Assembly: GCA_963840855.1 (NCBI GenBank)
Contig: CAWJBB010000040.1
Span: 224,001 to 288,000 of the forward strand
Direction: 5' to 3'
Source of the DNA: an uncultured delta proteobacterium
GTDB taxonomy: Bacteria; Desulfobacterota; Binatia; UBA9968
DNA length: 64,000 nucleotides
Both the position numbers and the translations under genes were made by a program. Numbering within the stretch: the first letter of the stretch is position 1; the number at the start of each line of letters is the position of its first letter. Positions 38,768-48,345 of this stretch are shown here, piece after piece. The notes beneath the pieces are model-generated. The model saw nothing but the letters and a program-made list of their open reading frames with translations, searched no databases and had not been told where the DNA came from.

Positions 38768-40213
38768 ATGGACCAGGGAAAAATTCTAGTGACCGAAGAT
38801 GAGGAGTCGCTCCGTTTCGTGCTGCAAAAAGCCCTGGAAAACGAGGGCTACTGGGTCCAGACGGCGGCCAACGGCGCCACCGCGCGCCGGCGCCTCGACG
38901 AGGTCCACTTCGACGTCTCGCTGATGGACATCAAGCTCCCCGACGCCGACGGCGTGGAGCTACTCAAGGAATTCAAGGCGGCGGGCCTCGACACCGCGAT
39001 GATTCTCATGACCGCGCAGAACACCATGCGCAACGCCATCGGCGCCATGAAGACCGGCGCCTTCGACTACATCACCAAGCCTTTCGATCTCGACGAGGTG
39101 CTGCTGCTGGTCAAGCGCGCCATGGAAAGCCGCAAATTGACACAAGACTTCCGCGAGCTCAAGGAAGAAATCAAGAAACGCTTCGAGCCGGGGATCAACA
39201 TCATCGGCACCAGCGCGGCCATGCAGAAGGTTTACAAAACCATCGGGCAGGTGGCGGACACGCAGGCGACGATTCTGATTCTAGGAGAAAGCGGCACCGG
39301 TAAGGAACTCGTCGCCAAGACGATTCATTATAACTCACCGCGCTGGAACCAGCCCTTCGTGGCGATCAACTGCGCGGCAATCCCCCGCGACCTTCTGGAG
39401 AGCGAACTCTTCGGCCATGAAAAGGGCGCCTTCACCGGCGCCCTCGACCGGCGCGCCGGCAAGTTCGAGCTCGCCGACCAAGGCACGCTTTTTCTCGACG
39501 AAGTGGGCGACATTCCCCTGGAGTTGCAAACCAAAATGCTGCGCGTCCTGCAAGATCACGAATACAGCCGAGTGGGCGGCCGTGAAGTGCTGAAAGCCAA
39601 CGTGCGCATTCTGGCAGCAACCAACCATGATCTAGAAAGAGCCGTCAAGGAGAAGCGTTTTCGCGAGGATCTTTATTTTCGCCTGAAAGTGATTCCTATC
39701 GTGCTGCCGCCCTTGCGCGAGCGGCGCGGTGACATCCCGCTTCTGATCGGTTACTTCATCGATAAAATCAACCGCGAGATGGGCATTCAGATCTCCGGCG
39801 TCTCCCTCGAAGCGCAAAAGCTCTTGGAAGATCATACCTGGCCGGGCAACGTGCGCGAGCTCGAGAACACGCTGATCCGCGCGGCGGTGCTTGCCTCCGG
39901 CCCGGTCCTTTTCCCCAACGATTTTACCCTCCACAACCGCCCCGTCGCGGCCGCCGTTGAAGTGGATCAGCTTTCTCTCGAAGAGATCATCCGGCACAAG
40001 CTTGAAGACTACTTCCGCCGCACCGAAGGCGTGGACGTAGACAATCTCTATTCGCTGGTCATCGAAAGAATCGAGCGCCCGCTGATCGAATTGACGCTCA
40101 AAAAAACCCGCGGCAACCAGATTCGCGCCGCGCAGATCCTCGGCATCAACCGCAACACGCTGCGCAAGAAGATCGCCGATCTCCACATCGAGCTCAAAAA
40201 AGAACACAACTGA
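38768..40213 (+). CDS. ntrC: Sigma-54-dependent response regulator, NtrC-like
   Basis: Receiver, [35 protein letters not shown]. Confidence 0.88.
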   Translation: MDQGKILVTEDEESLRFVLQKALENEGYWVQTAANGATARRRLDEVHFDVSLMDIKLPDADGVELLKEFKAAGLDTAMILMTAQNTMRNAIGAMKTGAFDYITKPFDLDEVLLLVKRAMESRKLTQDFRELKEEIKKRFEPGINIIGTSAAMQKVYKTIGQVADTQATILILGESGTGKELVAKTIHYNSPRWNQPFVAINCAAIPRDLLESELFGHEKGAFTGALDRRAGKFELADQGTLFLDEVGDIPLELQTKMLRVLQDHEYSRVGGREVLKANVRILAATNHDLERAVKEKRFREDLYFRLKVIPIVLPPLRERRGDIPLLIGYFIDKINREMGIQISGVSLEAQKLLEDHTWPGNVRELENTLIRAAVLASGPVLFPNDFTLHNRPVAAAVEVDQLSLEEIIRHKLEDYFRRTEGVDVDNLYSLVIERIERPLIELTLKKTRGNQIRAAQILGINRNTLRKKIADLHIELKKEHN

Positions 40214-40220
40214 CCGTTCC

Positions 40221-40859
40221 ATGCCGCCGCTCAACTTGCCGCCGCTCTACGCGATTCTCGACCCCGAGCACACGAAAGGACTCGATGGGATAATCGTATT
40301 GCGCCGGCTGCTAGAGGGAGGCGCCGGCATCGTCCAGCTACGGGCGAAAATCATGGCGCCGGGAGATTTCCTCGTCCTCGCGCGGGAAGCGCGCGCGCCG
40401 TCCCTGGCCCACGGCTGCAAGTTGATCGTCAATGACCGGATCGATATCGCGCTTGCATGTGACGCCGATGGCGTTCATCTCGGACAGGAAGACCTGCCGC
40501 TCGGCGCCGCGCGAAAATTAATGGCCCAAAAGCTCATCGGCATATCGACCCACAGCGTGGAACAAGCCACAGTGGCCGAACGCGACGGCGCCGACTATAT
40601 CGGCTTCGGCCCGATGTTCGGCACGACGACAAAAGCGACCGGCTACTCAGCCCGCGGCGTAGACATGCTGCGCCAAATACGCCAGGCGGTAAAAATCCCC
40701 ATCGTCGCCATCGGCGGCATCAAAGAGGAAAACGTCGCGCAGGTCTGGCAAGCCGGCGCCGACTCAGCGGCGATCATCAGCGATATTCTGGGGGCGGACG
40801 ATATCACCGCCAAGGTGAGGCGAATTTTGCGCCTATCCCAAGCGCGCCAGCGGCAATAG
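40221..40859 (+). CDS. thiE: Thiamine-phosphate synthase
   Basis: VQLRAK, IVNDR.D, GVHLGQED, GISTHS, VAIGGI. Confidence 0.93.
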   Translation: MPPLNLPPLYAILDPEHTKGLDGIIVLRRLLEGGAGIVQLRAKIMAPGDFLVLAREARAPSLAHGCKLIVNDRIDIALACDADGVHLGQEDLPLGAARKLMAQKLIGISTHSVEQATVAERDGADYIGFGPMFGTTTKATGYSARGVDMLRQIRQAVKIPIVAIGGIKEENVAQVWQAGADSAAIISDILGADDITAKVRRILRLSQARQRQ

Positions 40860-41305
40860 AAAAAATTGCGGATTTCGAAACTCGAATTTAACCGGAAAGA
40901 ACCCAGCGCCGCAGAGCAGCCATCAAAGCACTAATCGTTATTTCACCACGGAGTTCGCGAAGTTTGGAATATTTCTTAATGAAGAAATCTTTACTCCGCG
41001 TCCTCCACCGTGAGTCCTGTTCCTAATCGATGGAATCAGAATGACGACGGGAAAATTTGCGCGACGTGTGAGCCAATGGAGACCCGTCACCACGTCTTGG
41101 GCAAAGAGATCGGCTATGTGAAGACTGCACGAAGAGAATTTGCAAAAAGGATTGGGGCGTGTCGTGTTGCCCTACGCTCTGGACAGAAAATATCCGAACG
41201 CGGATAATGGGGACGGGCATTCCGCGCTGGAGTAATTACTTTATTGCGCGTTTTCCTTATAGCTCCAATGCTGGAGTGGGATAAGCAGGCAGTGTGGGAG
41301 AAACT

Positions 41306-42679
41306 ATGGAGTTTGAAAAGAAGATTCTCTGTATCGGCGCAGGCTATGTAGGCGGACCGACGATGGCGATGATCGCTGCCAAGTGCCCGCCCTACAAGAT
41401 CACAGTTGTAGACATCAATCCCGCCAGAATCGCGGCGTGGAATAGCGACTCGCTTCCTATTTATGAACCTGGTTTGGATGTGTTGGTACAAAAGACTAGA
41501 GGTGTGAATCTCTTTTTCTCTACCGCAGTAGAAGCAGGGATCAGCGACGCCGACATTATTTTTGTCTCGGTGAACACGCCCACCAAAAACTTTGGCCAGG
41601 GCGCAGGCAAGGCCGCCGATCTGCAATTCTGGGAAAAGACCGCGCGTCAGATTCTCGCCCACTCCACCACCGATAAAATTGTCGTGGAGAAATCCACCCT
41701 GCCAGTCAGAACGGCAGAAGCCATGCAGCGGATTCTTAACAACACGAAAAATGTCCATTTCGAAGTAGTTTCCAACCCGGAGTTCCTGGCGGAAGGGACC
41801 GCAATTGCCGACCTGGAAAATCCCGACCGCGTCCTAATTGGCTCACAAGAAACTCCCACCGGCCTTGCCGCCCGCAAAGCCATTGTCGATATCTATGCTC
41901 ACTGGGTCCCGCGGGACCGTATCCTCGAATCCAATGTGTGGAGCGCCGAGTTGTCCAAGTTGACAGCGAACGCCTTTTTGGCGCAGCGCATTTCCTCCAT
42001 CAATGCTATCTCTGCCTTGTGCGAGAAAACCCAAGCTGACGTTGCTGAAGTTGCCAAAGCCATCGGCAAGGACTCGCGGATCGGCGCCAAGTTTTTACAG
42101 GCCGGTGTGGGCTTCGGCGGCTCCTGCTTCAAAAAGGACATTCTGAATCTGGTGTACATCTGCCACGGCTACGGCTTGACCGAAGTGGCGGAGTACTGGG
42201 AGTCTGTCGTCAAGATTAATGGATGGCAGGAGAATCGTTTCATTCGCACGATCCTGGAGAACATGTTCAACACGGTCGCCGGGAAGCGGATCGCGCTCTT
42301 TGGCTTTGCCTTCAAGGCCGACACTGGCGATACCCGGGAGTCACCAGCTCTTGTGATTGCTCGAGGGTTGCTGGAAGAACGCGCGCACGTGGTGATCACC
42401 GATCCAAAAGCCCTGGACCATGCCAGGCAGGACTTGCACGATGTCAAAGAAGGTCTCAGCTTTGAGGCCGACTCGTACTGCGCCGCGGAAGGTGCTCATG
42501 CGGTGGCCCTCCTCACAGACTGGAAGCTCTACCAGGATCTGGATTACCAGCGAATTCTGCGGTCCATGGAGCGTCCCGCCTTTGTTTTCGACGGCCGCAA
42601 CCTTCTCGATCACAAGAAGTTGTTCGAGCTGGGCTTTAACGTGTTTGCCATCGGCAAAGCTCCGTTTAAGCATTTTTAA
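41306..42679 (+). CDS. ugd: UDP-glucose 6-dehydrogenase
   Basis: IGAGYVGG, EKST.PV, NPEFLAEG, GFGGSCFKKD. Confidence 0.93.
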   Translation: MEFEKKILCIGAGYVGGPTMAMIAAKCPPYKITVVDINPARIAAWNSDSLPIYEPGLDVLVQKTRGVNLFFSTAVEAGISDADIIFVSVNTPTKNFGQGAGKAADLQFWEKTARQILAHSTTDKIVVEKSTLPVRTAEAMQRILNNTKNVHFEVVSNPEFLAEGTAIADLENPDRVLIGSQETPTGLAARKAIVDIYAHWVPRDRILESNVWSAELSKLTANAFLAQRISSINAISALCEKTQADVAEVAKAIGKDSRIGAKFLQAGVGFGGSCFKKDILNLVYICHGYGLTEVAEYWESVVKINGWQENRFIRTILENMFNTVAGKRIALFGFAFKADTGDTRESPALVIARGLLEERAHVVITDPKALDHARQDLHDVKEGLSFEADSYCAAEGAHAVALLTDWKLYQDLDYQRILRSMERPAFVFDGRNLLDHKKLFELGFNVFAIGKAPFKHF

Positions 42680-42741
42680 AGGAATCGGAGTCGGAAGGAC
42701 AAGATGAAATTCTACATATCCGCCAAGGTGCGGCGAATTCT

Positions 42742-42975
42742 GTGCCTGCCGGGAGGGTCCGAGATGCTCTTGAAATGCATCTTCGTCACGAACCGATAAA
42801 AACGAGCAGGAGCCGGATCAAGCGGTTGCGCGGCCTGGCGCGACCGCAATATCGACTTCGTGTCGGCGAGGTTCGAGTATTCTACGACGTATCAGCCGAG
42901 TCCGTTGAGGTCTTGGCTATTGTCCCCAAATCGGAGGCTGCAATATGGCTGGAGCAGTTCGGAAAGCCCGAATAA
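42742..42975 (+). pseudogene. RelE/ParE family toxin, probably N-terminally truncated
   Basis: IKRLRG..RPQYRLRVGEVRVFYDV; no in-frame start that would give a full RelE N-terminus. Confidence 0.7.
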
Positions 42976-43217
42976 AAGAAGTTTCTTTATCTGAGATCAA
43001 AGATGATCTTTCACGGTTTCTGCGCGAGGCGGAGAAGCAGGCGATTGTCATAACTCGGCATGGAAAACCAGCGGGTGTCCTGATCGGATTCGAGTCAGAG
43101 GACGACTGGTTTGATTACAAACTTGAGAACGATCCTCGTTTCCTTGAGCGCGTCGAACAAGCGCGAAAGAGCTTAAGAGCCGGTCGCGGTATCCGGTTAG
43201 AAGATGTGCCTAAGTAA
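42945..43217 (+). CDS. Phd/YefM family antitoxin
   Basis: VSLSEIKDDLSRFL, IVITRHGKPAGVLIG. Confidence 0.85.
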   Translation: MAGAVRKARIKEVSLSEIKDDLSRFLREAEKQAIVITRHGKPAGVLIGFESEDDWFDYKLENDPRFLERVEQARKSLRAGRGIRLEDVPK

Positions 43218-43224
43218 ACGGTTG

Positions 43225-43278
43225 CTCTAACAATGCGTTTGAGTCGGATGCTTTTCGCGCGCCGCTCAACGCTGCGTT
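43225..43278 (+). other. Integron attC site with interrupted R' box
   Basis: CTCTAAC-AATGC-GTTTGAG...CTCAAC-GCTGC-GTT; R' is completed as GTTAGGC at 43498-43504 once the insertion is removed. Confidence 0.75.
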
Positions 43279-43497
43279 GAGGCTGTAGGAAAAGTCCCAG
43301 ATGCCACCCGCTAGAAATTGAAGCCGATGTAAGCGACGATCTTCCAAATTGCGAATTCGTTGACCAGTTCCACAACGATCTCCTCGTGAAGCGGTTCTCT
43401 GACAGCGACAACACGGGATTTTCGAACGACTTGGAAAAAGGAACGCGCCGCGATGAGGTGCCGAAAACCGCCTCTACAGGGGTTTTTCTACATTCTC
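43279..43497. mobile_element. 219-bp non-autonomous IS-derived element (MITE-like)
   Basis: Imperfect TIRs GAGGCTGTAGGAAAAGTCC / GAGAATGTAGAAAAACCCC (14/19) flanked by GTT direct repeats. Confidence 0.65.
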
Positions 43498-43498
43498 G

Positions 43499-43633
43499 TT
43501 AGGCAGCCTTGAGGCTGCGGCGAGACGGTTTGACGACGAGCCGTACACGGACACCCAGGCGGGCAAGCGTGTCGATGAGCGCGTCAGTGCTGAAGAGATC
43601 GATCCGGCCGCGAAGCAAGTCGCTCACTCGAGG
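43499..43633 (-). pseudogene. C-terminal fragment of an XRE/HigA-like HTH antitoxin
   Basis: Manual translation PRVSDLLRGRIDLFSTDALIDTLARLGVRVRLVV...KAA*; no start codon found. Confidence 0.75.
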
Positions 43634-43672
43634 CCTCGTTCTTCTGTAAACCAAAAGAGGTTCAATACTAAC

Positions 43673-44044
43673 GTGTCACGAACTCACATCTTCGCCTTTC
43701 GAGTCCTACTAACTGTGACTCTGATAGCCCTTACGCATCTCGCATTCACGCCGCAGCAATATCCCGTGCTAAAAGACATATCCGACAAAGCGAACCACAT
43801 TTTTGCATTCTATGTTTTGGCATTGTTGGTAGATTTTTCGTTTCCTAAGAATAATTTGGGATTTTCCAAGGTATTTGCGTTATTAAGCTACGGGTTATTG
43901 ATTGAAGTCGTTCAGAATTTCTTACCCAATCGAACATCTTCATTGGTCGATGTGCTTGCGGATGGGGTTGGGATTGCCAGCTACAGGTTTTCTCTCCCGG
44001 TACTAAGGTATGTCCCGTTGTTTAGACGCCGTTGGGCCGCCTAA
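43673..44044 (+). CDS. VanZ family membrane protein
   Basis: DKANHIFAF, YGLLIEVVQ.FLPNR.SS..D.LAD; AT-rich. Confidence 0.85.
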   Translation: MSRTHIFAFRVLLTVTLIALTHLAFTPQQYPVLKDISDKANHIFAFYVLALLVDFSFPKNNLGFSKVFALLSYGLLIEVVQNFLPNRTSSLVDVLADGVGIASYRFSLPVLRYVPLFRRRWAA

Positions 44045-44113
44045 CCTTGTTGACAAAAAGTTTCTCCAGAGAGAAGCTGTCCACGATAATTGCGCAGCAA
44101 AGGAAATAATGAA

Positions 44114-44962
44114 ATGAACGATCACGACAAGCGTCTTTGCTTCCGAGAAATTTTGCATGCACCGGGAGGAGTCATGGCTCCTAGCGCGCCGGACCCCATG
44201 TTCGCGCGCTTGATCCAAGACTGTGGTTACAAGCTTTTCCACCTCGCCGGCAACGGGATGCATCGGAGCCTCGTGCTTCCCGACTGCAGCATGGTAACTA
44301 TGACCGAGATGGCGGACCGAGCGGGTACAATTGCGGAAGTCCTGGATATCCCGATGCTGGTTGATGGCGAGACCGGCTATGGCGGGCCCTTGCAAACCGC
44401 GCGCGCCGTGCGCGATTTCGAGCGCGCCGGCGTCGCTGGTATCCGATTTGAAGATAGTATGTTTGGCCAAAATGGCATCGATGATGTTCGTCCTCCAGTG
44501 CCAGTCTTGGAGATGGCCGATAAGATCAAAGCGGCCGCCGACGCGCGTACCGATACGGCTTTGGTTCTGGTAGTCCGCTGCGATGCCCGGGCGGTCGAAT
44601 CCCGCGAGCAAGTGCTGCAGCGGATTGGGGCGTATGTCGAGGCCGGGATTGATGCCATCGGCGTTCATCTGACGGATGCCGAGGACCACAAATGGTTCGG
44701 CGCGACTGCGCCCGCCCCACTCATAAACCCTTGGCCGCGGGCAGGCATAGAGTCGATGGCAGAATTCTTCGCGCTGGGCTATAAAGTGGCGCTCGTAACT
44801 TCCAGCGTCTCGATGGCTGCGCTGGCCGCGGCTCGAACGATGCTGTTAGAGCTGAAGGGCACGGGGCGCCAGGACAATTACTTTGACAACATCGCCGGCT
44901 TCGATGAGGTACGCCGCTGGTACCGCGATCTAGGATTTCGCCCCACCAAGCCCTTTGAATGA
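44114..44962 (+). CDS. Isocitrate lyase/PEP mutase family protein
   Basis: VDGETGYGG, AGIRFED, MADKIKAA, VRCDA. Confidence 0.88.
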   Translation: MNDHDKRLCFREILHAPGGVMAPSAPDPMFARLIQDCGYKLFHLAGNGMHRSLVLPDCSMVTMTEMADRAGTIAEVLDIPMLVDGETGYGGPLQTARAVRDFERAGVAGIRFEDSMFGQNGIDDVRPPVPVLEMADKIKAAADARTDTALVLVVRCDARAVESREQVLQRIGAYVEAGIDAIGVHLTDAEDHKWFGATAPAPLINPWPRAGIESMAEFFALGYKVALVTSSVSMAALAAARTMLLELKGTGRQDNYFDNIAGFDEVRRWYRDLGFRPTKPFE

Positions 44963-45174
44963 GGAAAGTGGCATTGCGCTTGACACCCGAAGGGAGTGTC
45001 CAGCATGGCGCACTTGATTGGGGAGAAACTTCGCTTAAGGAGGCTGCCACCATAGTTGCCGTATCGGGAGATCGAGAAACGCAAATCACGGCCTCGCGGC
45101 ATGATCACTTACCCAGAAGATTTTTCATGCATGCTTCAAATCAGTGGCTGATCGCGCCCGCTTGACTCGAGCGC

Positions 45175-46551
45175 CTAAGCTTCATCTGCCTCTCCGTACC
45201 CGTACTCATCCCGTTCGGTATAGTTCTCAAAGCGGGTGTATTCGCCCAGGAAGGTCAGTTTGACCGTGTCGGTGGGACCGTTTCGTTGCTTGGCGACGAT
45301 GACTTCGGCGACGCCTTTCTTGCTGTCGTCATTTTTGTTGTAGACCTCGTCGCGGTAAATGAACATGATGACGTCGGCGTCCTGTTCGATGGCCCCGGAT
45401 TCGCGCAAATCCGACATTTGCGGGCGGCGGTCGCCGCGGTCTTCGACGCGGCGGTTGAGCTGCGATAGCGCGATGATCGGCACGCTCAATTCTTTGGCCA
45501 GCGCTTTGAGGGAGCGCGAAATTTCGGAAATCTCCTGTTCGCGGTTGGAGGCCGTTCCCATACCGCGCATCAGCTGCAAATAATCGACGACCACGACACC
45601 GATTTTCTTTGACCGGTCGCGGACCAGGCGGCGCGCCTTGGCGCGTAGTTCGAGCACCGAAATTGCCGGCGTATCGTCGATGTAGATCGGCGCGTCGTGC
45701 AGCTTCCCGGCCGCTTTGGCGAGCAGCGGGAAATCCCGCTCTCCTAGATAACCGGAACGCACTTTTGAGCTATTGACGCGCGCCTCGGAACAAAGCATGC
45801 GCAGCACCAACTGCTCCTTGGCCATTTCCAGAGAAAAAATCGCCGCGCCGGTACCGTTGAACGCTGCGTGGGCCGCAACGTTGAGAGCGAACGCGGTTTT
45901 ACCCATGCCGGGCCGTCCGGCGACGATGATCAAGTCCGACGGCTGAAGCCCGGCGGTGAGCTTGTCCAGGTCCTCGTAGCCGGTGGAAACGCCGGTGATC
46001 ATCTCTTTGCGCTCGTAGAGCTTCTCGACGGTCTTCAGCGTGTCCTTGATCATTTCGCCGACGGAAACAAAGGACGCCTTTATCTTCTTTTCCGAGATTT
46101 CGAAGATCACCTTTTCGGCGCTGTCGAGAAATTCTTCGACGTTGCCCTGCTCTTCGTATCCCCTGGTGGCGATCGCCGTCGCGCAGGTAATCAGGCTGCG
46201 CAAGATCGCCTTTTCGCGAACGATGCGGGCGTAGAAAGCGATGTTGGCCGCAGTGGGCACGAAATCGGCCAGCGACACCAGATAGGCGGTGCCGCCCACG
46301 GCCTCCAACTCGCTGCGGCCCTTGAGGCACTCGCTCAAGGTTATGACATCCGCCGGCTCGCTGCGGTCGGAGAGCTCGATCATGGCGCGAAAAATCTTTC
46401 GATGCGACTCGCGGTAAAAATCCTCCGGGCGCAAAAGCTCCAAAACGACGTTGATCGCATCGTTCTCAAGCAGGATGCCGCCCAGCACGGAGGATTCCGC
46501 TTCGAGGTTTTGTGGCGGGATTTTGCGGAGATTGTCTTCAAGAGTTGCCAT
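45175..46551 (-). CDS. dnaB: Replicative DNA helicase
   Basis: GRPGMGKTAF, VDYLQL, LSQLNR, DLRESGAIEQDAD, KQRNGP. Confidence 0.97.
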   Translation of the reverse strand: MATLEDNLRKIPPQNLEAESSVLGGILLENDAINVVLELLRPEDFYRESHRKIFRAMIELSDRSEPADVITLSECLKGRSELEAVGGTAYLVSLADFVPTAANIAFYARIVREKAILRSLITCATAIATRGYEEQGNVEEFLDSAEKVIFEISEKKIKASFVSVGEMIKDTLKTVEKLYERKEMITGVSTGYEDLDKLTAGLQPSDLIIVAGRPGMGKTAFALNVAAHAAFNGTGAAIFSLEMAKEQLVLRMLCSEARVNSSKVRSGYLGERDFPLLAKAAGKLHDAPIYIDDTPAISVLELRAKARRLVRDRSKKIGVVVVDYLQLMRGMGTASNREQEISEISRSLKALAKELSVPIIALSQLNRRVEDRGDRRPQMSDLRESGAIEQDADVIMFIYRDEVYNKNDDSKKGVAEVIVAKQRNGPTDTVKLTFLGEYTRFENYTERDEYGYGEADEA

Positions 46552-46912
46552 GGGTCAAGGTGCCGCCATCGATCACATGGTTCGAGCTAGATACGTATAA
46601 TGCCCGAGCCGATGTTTTAGTTGCAAATCTTTGCACCCATTGCGAACTAAAATCAATAGAATTGTTCGCCGAATCGGTCGATTTTTCATGAGTTTCGGCG
46701 GCGAAGGTTGCTGTTGATAAACTCTAAAATGCGAAAACTCTTTGGCCCGCGCGGACTTTCCCCGATCCGGCCACTGTTCGTGCACAACTTATTCACAGAT
46801 TAATAGACCTTTGACGCGGCAGGGATTGAAAAATGTTAGCCGCTGCATTCATACCTCATGCGTTTGCCGACCGGCACCGAGAGCAATGCTTCAATTCGCC
46901 GCCGCACCAGGA

Positions 46913-47263
46913 CTACGGATACATCGCGGTGACCGTCGTATGAATGCCGCCGCGGACGTTAAAGTCGCCGACGACGGTCATCGACTTGGGCCGGATGGCC
47001 CGCACCAGGTCATCGAGAATTTGATTGACCACCGCCTCGTGAAACGCTCCTTCGTTACGATAGGACCAGAGGTAGAGCTTGAGCGACTTGAGCTCGACGC
47101 AGAGTTCCGCGGGCACGTAGCGGACGTGGATGTTGGCGAAGTCCGGTTGTCCCGTCCGCGGGCATACGCAGGTAAACTCGGGACATTCCATGTTGATCTC
47201 GTAATCGCGCTGCGGGCGCGGATTAGAAAAAGTTTCGAGAATCTTGCTCGGCTCAGTCGCCAT
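46913..47263 (-). CDS. queF: preQ1 synthase (7-cyano-7-deazaguanine reductase)
   Basis: [30 protein letters not shown]. Confidence 0.95.
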   Translation of the reverse strand: MATEPSKILETFSNPRPQRDYEINMECPEFTCVCPRTGQPDFANIHVRYVPAELCVELKSLKLYLWSYRNEGAFHEAVVNQILDDLVRAIRPKSMTVVGDFNVRGGIHTTVTAMYP

Positions 47264-47392
47264 GAAGCGATCTTAACGCAGTGCGAACTTAATTCCAACG
47301 CGCGCTCGCTAACTTGACAAGGATAAGGGGCGATGATAGCCGGTCGAAGTAACCAAAGCTCGCGACTGCATTTGCCATTTCGGAGGAACAAC

Positions 47393-48187
47393 ATGAGCAA
47401 ACCCAAGGAGCCAAGAGCGGGAGAACGTCTCACCGAACAAGAAGCCCAAGCCTACGTGGACTATCTCTATTCGACGCTTTACAAATACGCCCACGAGAAA
47501 ATCCACAAAGGCACCTTCATGACGCAGCTGCGCGACGGGAAACTGCCGATGCCGGCGATGCGGCAGTTTTTTAAGAACTGGGGCCATTTCTCGCTGGAGG
47601 TCAACGCCCTCAATGCGGTGTCTTACTACACTCATCTGCCGTTTTTCGTCCGCCACTTCGACCTTCTGGGACCGTTCTGCGCCAAGATCGCCGACGAATT
47701 GATTTCCCCAAGGGCTCCCGGGCACGTGTTAGTTCTGCTCCAGACCGCCGAGAAAATGGGCCTCGACAAAAAAGAGATGCTGGAAGATCCCTATCTGCCC
47801 GCGGCGCGCGCTATCAATGACTTCTGCCATAAAATTTTCATCGACGGCTCCATCGTCGAACTCTGGGGGCTCCATGTCTTCGAAGAATCACTGTCGATGT
47901 GGTCGGGCCAGTGGTATACGGCACTGACGACACACTACGGCTTTAGCAAGCAAGATGCGGTTTATTTTTCCATCCACGAAGAAGCGGATATGGATACGCA
48001 CAAGATCGGCGAGAGCGGCGAGGAGGCGATGGGCCACGGCGCCTTTAACCGCACGGTGCTTACCCGGGCATTGCAGGAGAGCGTTGAGTTTCGCGCCGGC
48101 TATTCGATGGAATATTGCGCGCTGACCATGGTCGATCTCCACGCGCAGATGAAACAAGCCGCCCTCGACAATCCCTACGTTCCGTAA
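47393..48187 (+). CDS. Heme-oxygenase-like diiron protein (CADD/PqqC/TenA superfamily), paralog 2
   Basis: IADELISP..PGH, VFEE, VYFSIHEEADMDTH; aligns with 5220-6020; SD GGAGG. Confidence 0.75.
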   Translation: MSKPKEPRAGERLTEQEAQAYVDYLYSTLYKYAHEKIHKGTFMTQLRDGKLPMPAMRQFFKNWGHFSLEVNALNAVSYYTHLPFFVRHFDLLGPFCAKIADELISPRAPGHVLVLLQTAEKMGLDKKEMLEDPYLPAARAINDFCHKIFIDGSIVELWGLHVFEESLSMWSGQWYTALTTHYGFSKQDAVYFSIHEEADMDTHKIGESGEEAMGHGAFNRTVLTRALQESVEFRAGYSMEYCALTMVDLHAQMKQAALDNPYVP

Positions 48188-48345
48188 TTGTCTCATTTCA
48201 TCGACATCGCCGGCGGTTCAATACGCACCTTGACTAGCAAGTTCTTATAAACCTACAATCTTAGACCAAGGTCGGCCATTGGGAACGCCGTCGCGGAGGA
48301 GACCGATCACAACTGGTCCTTTGCGCCTGGCCGGAAAGCCGAGAG

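Noticed and set aside
38768-40213. NtrC as the activator of the island promoters
   Set aside because: The repeated motif does not match the TGCAC-N7-GTGCA NtrC site; the activator fragment at the window end is the more local candidate, though unproven.
41010-41290. Short ORFs between thiE and ugd
   Set aside because: No SD, motif or codon bias; probably an intergenic remnant.
43310-43470. Minus-strand reading ...VVAVREPLHEEIVVELVNEFAIWKIVAYIGFNF inside the MITE-like element
   Set aside because: No clear start or transposase motif; cannot be supported as a gene.
46800-47390. preQ1 riboswitch near queF
   Set aside because: No preQ1-like stem with an A-rich tail seen upstream of queF.
48272-48340. 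Canonical Moco/Tuco riboswitch
   Set aside because: Consensus elements not recognisable by eye; kept only as a low-interest structured leader.
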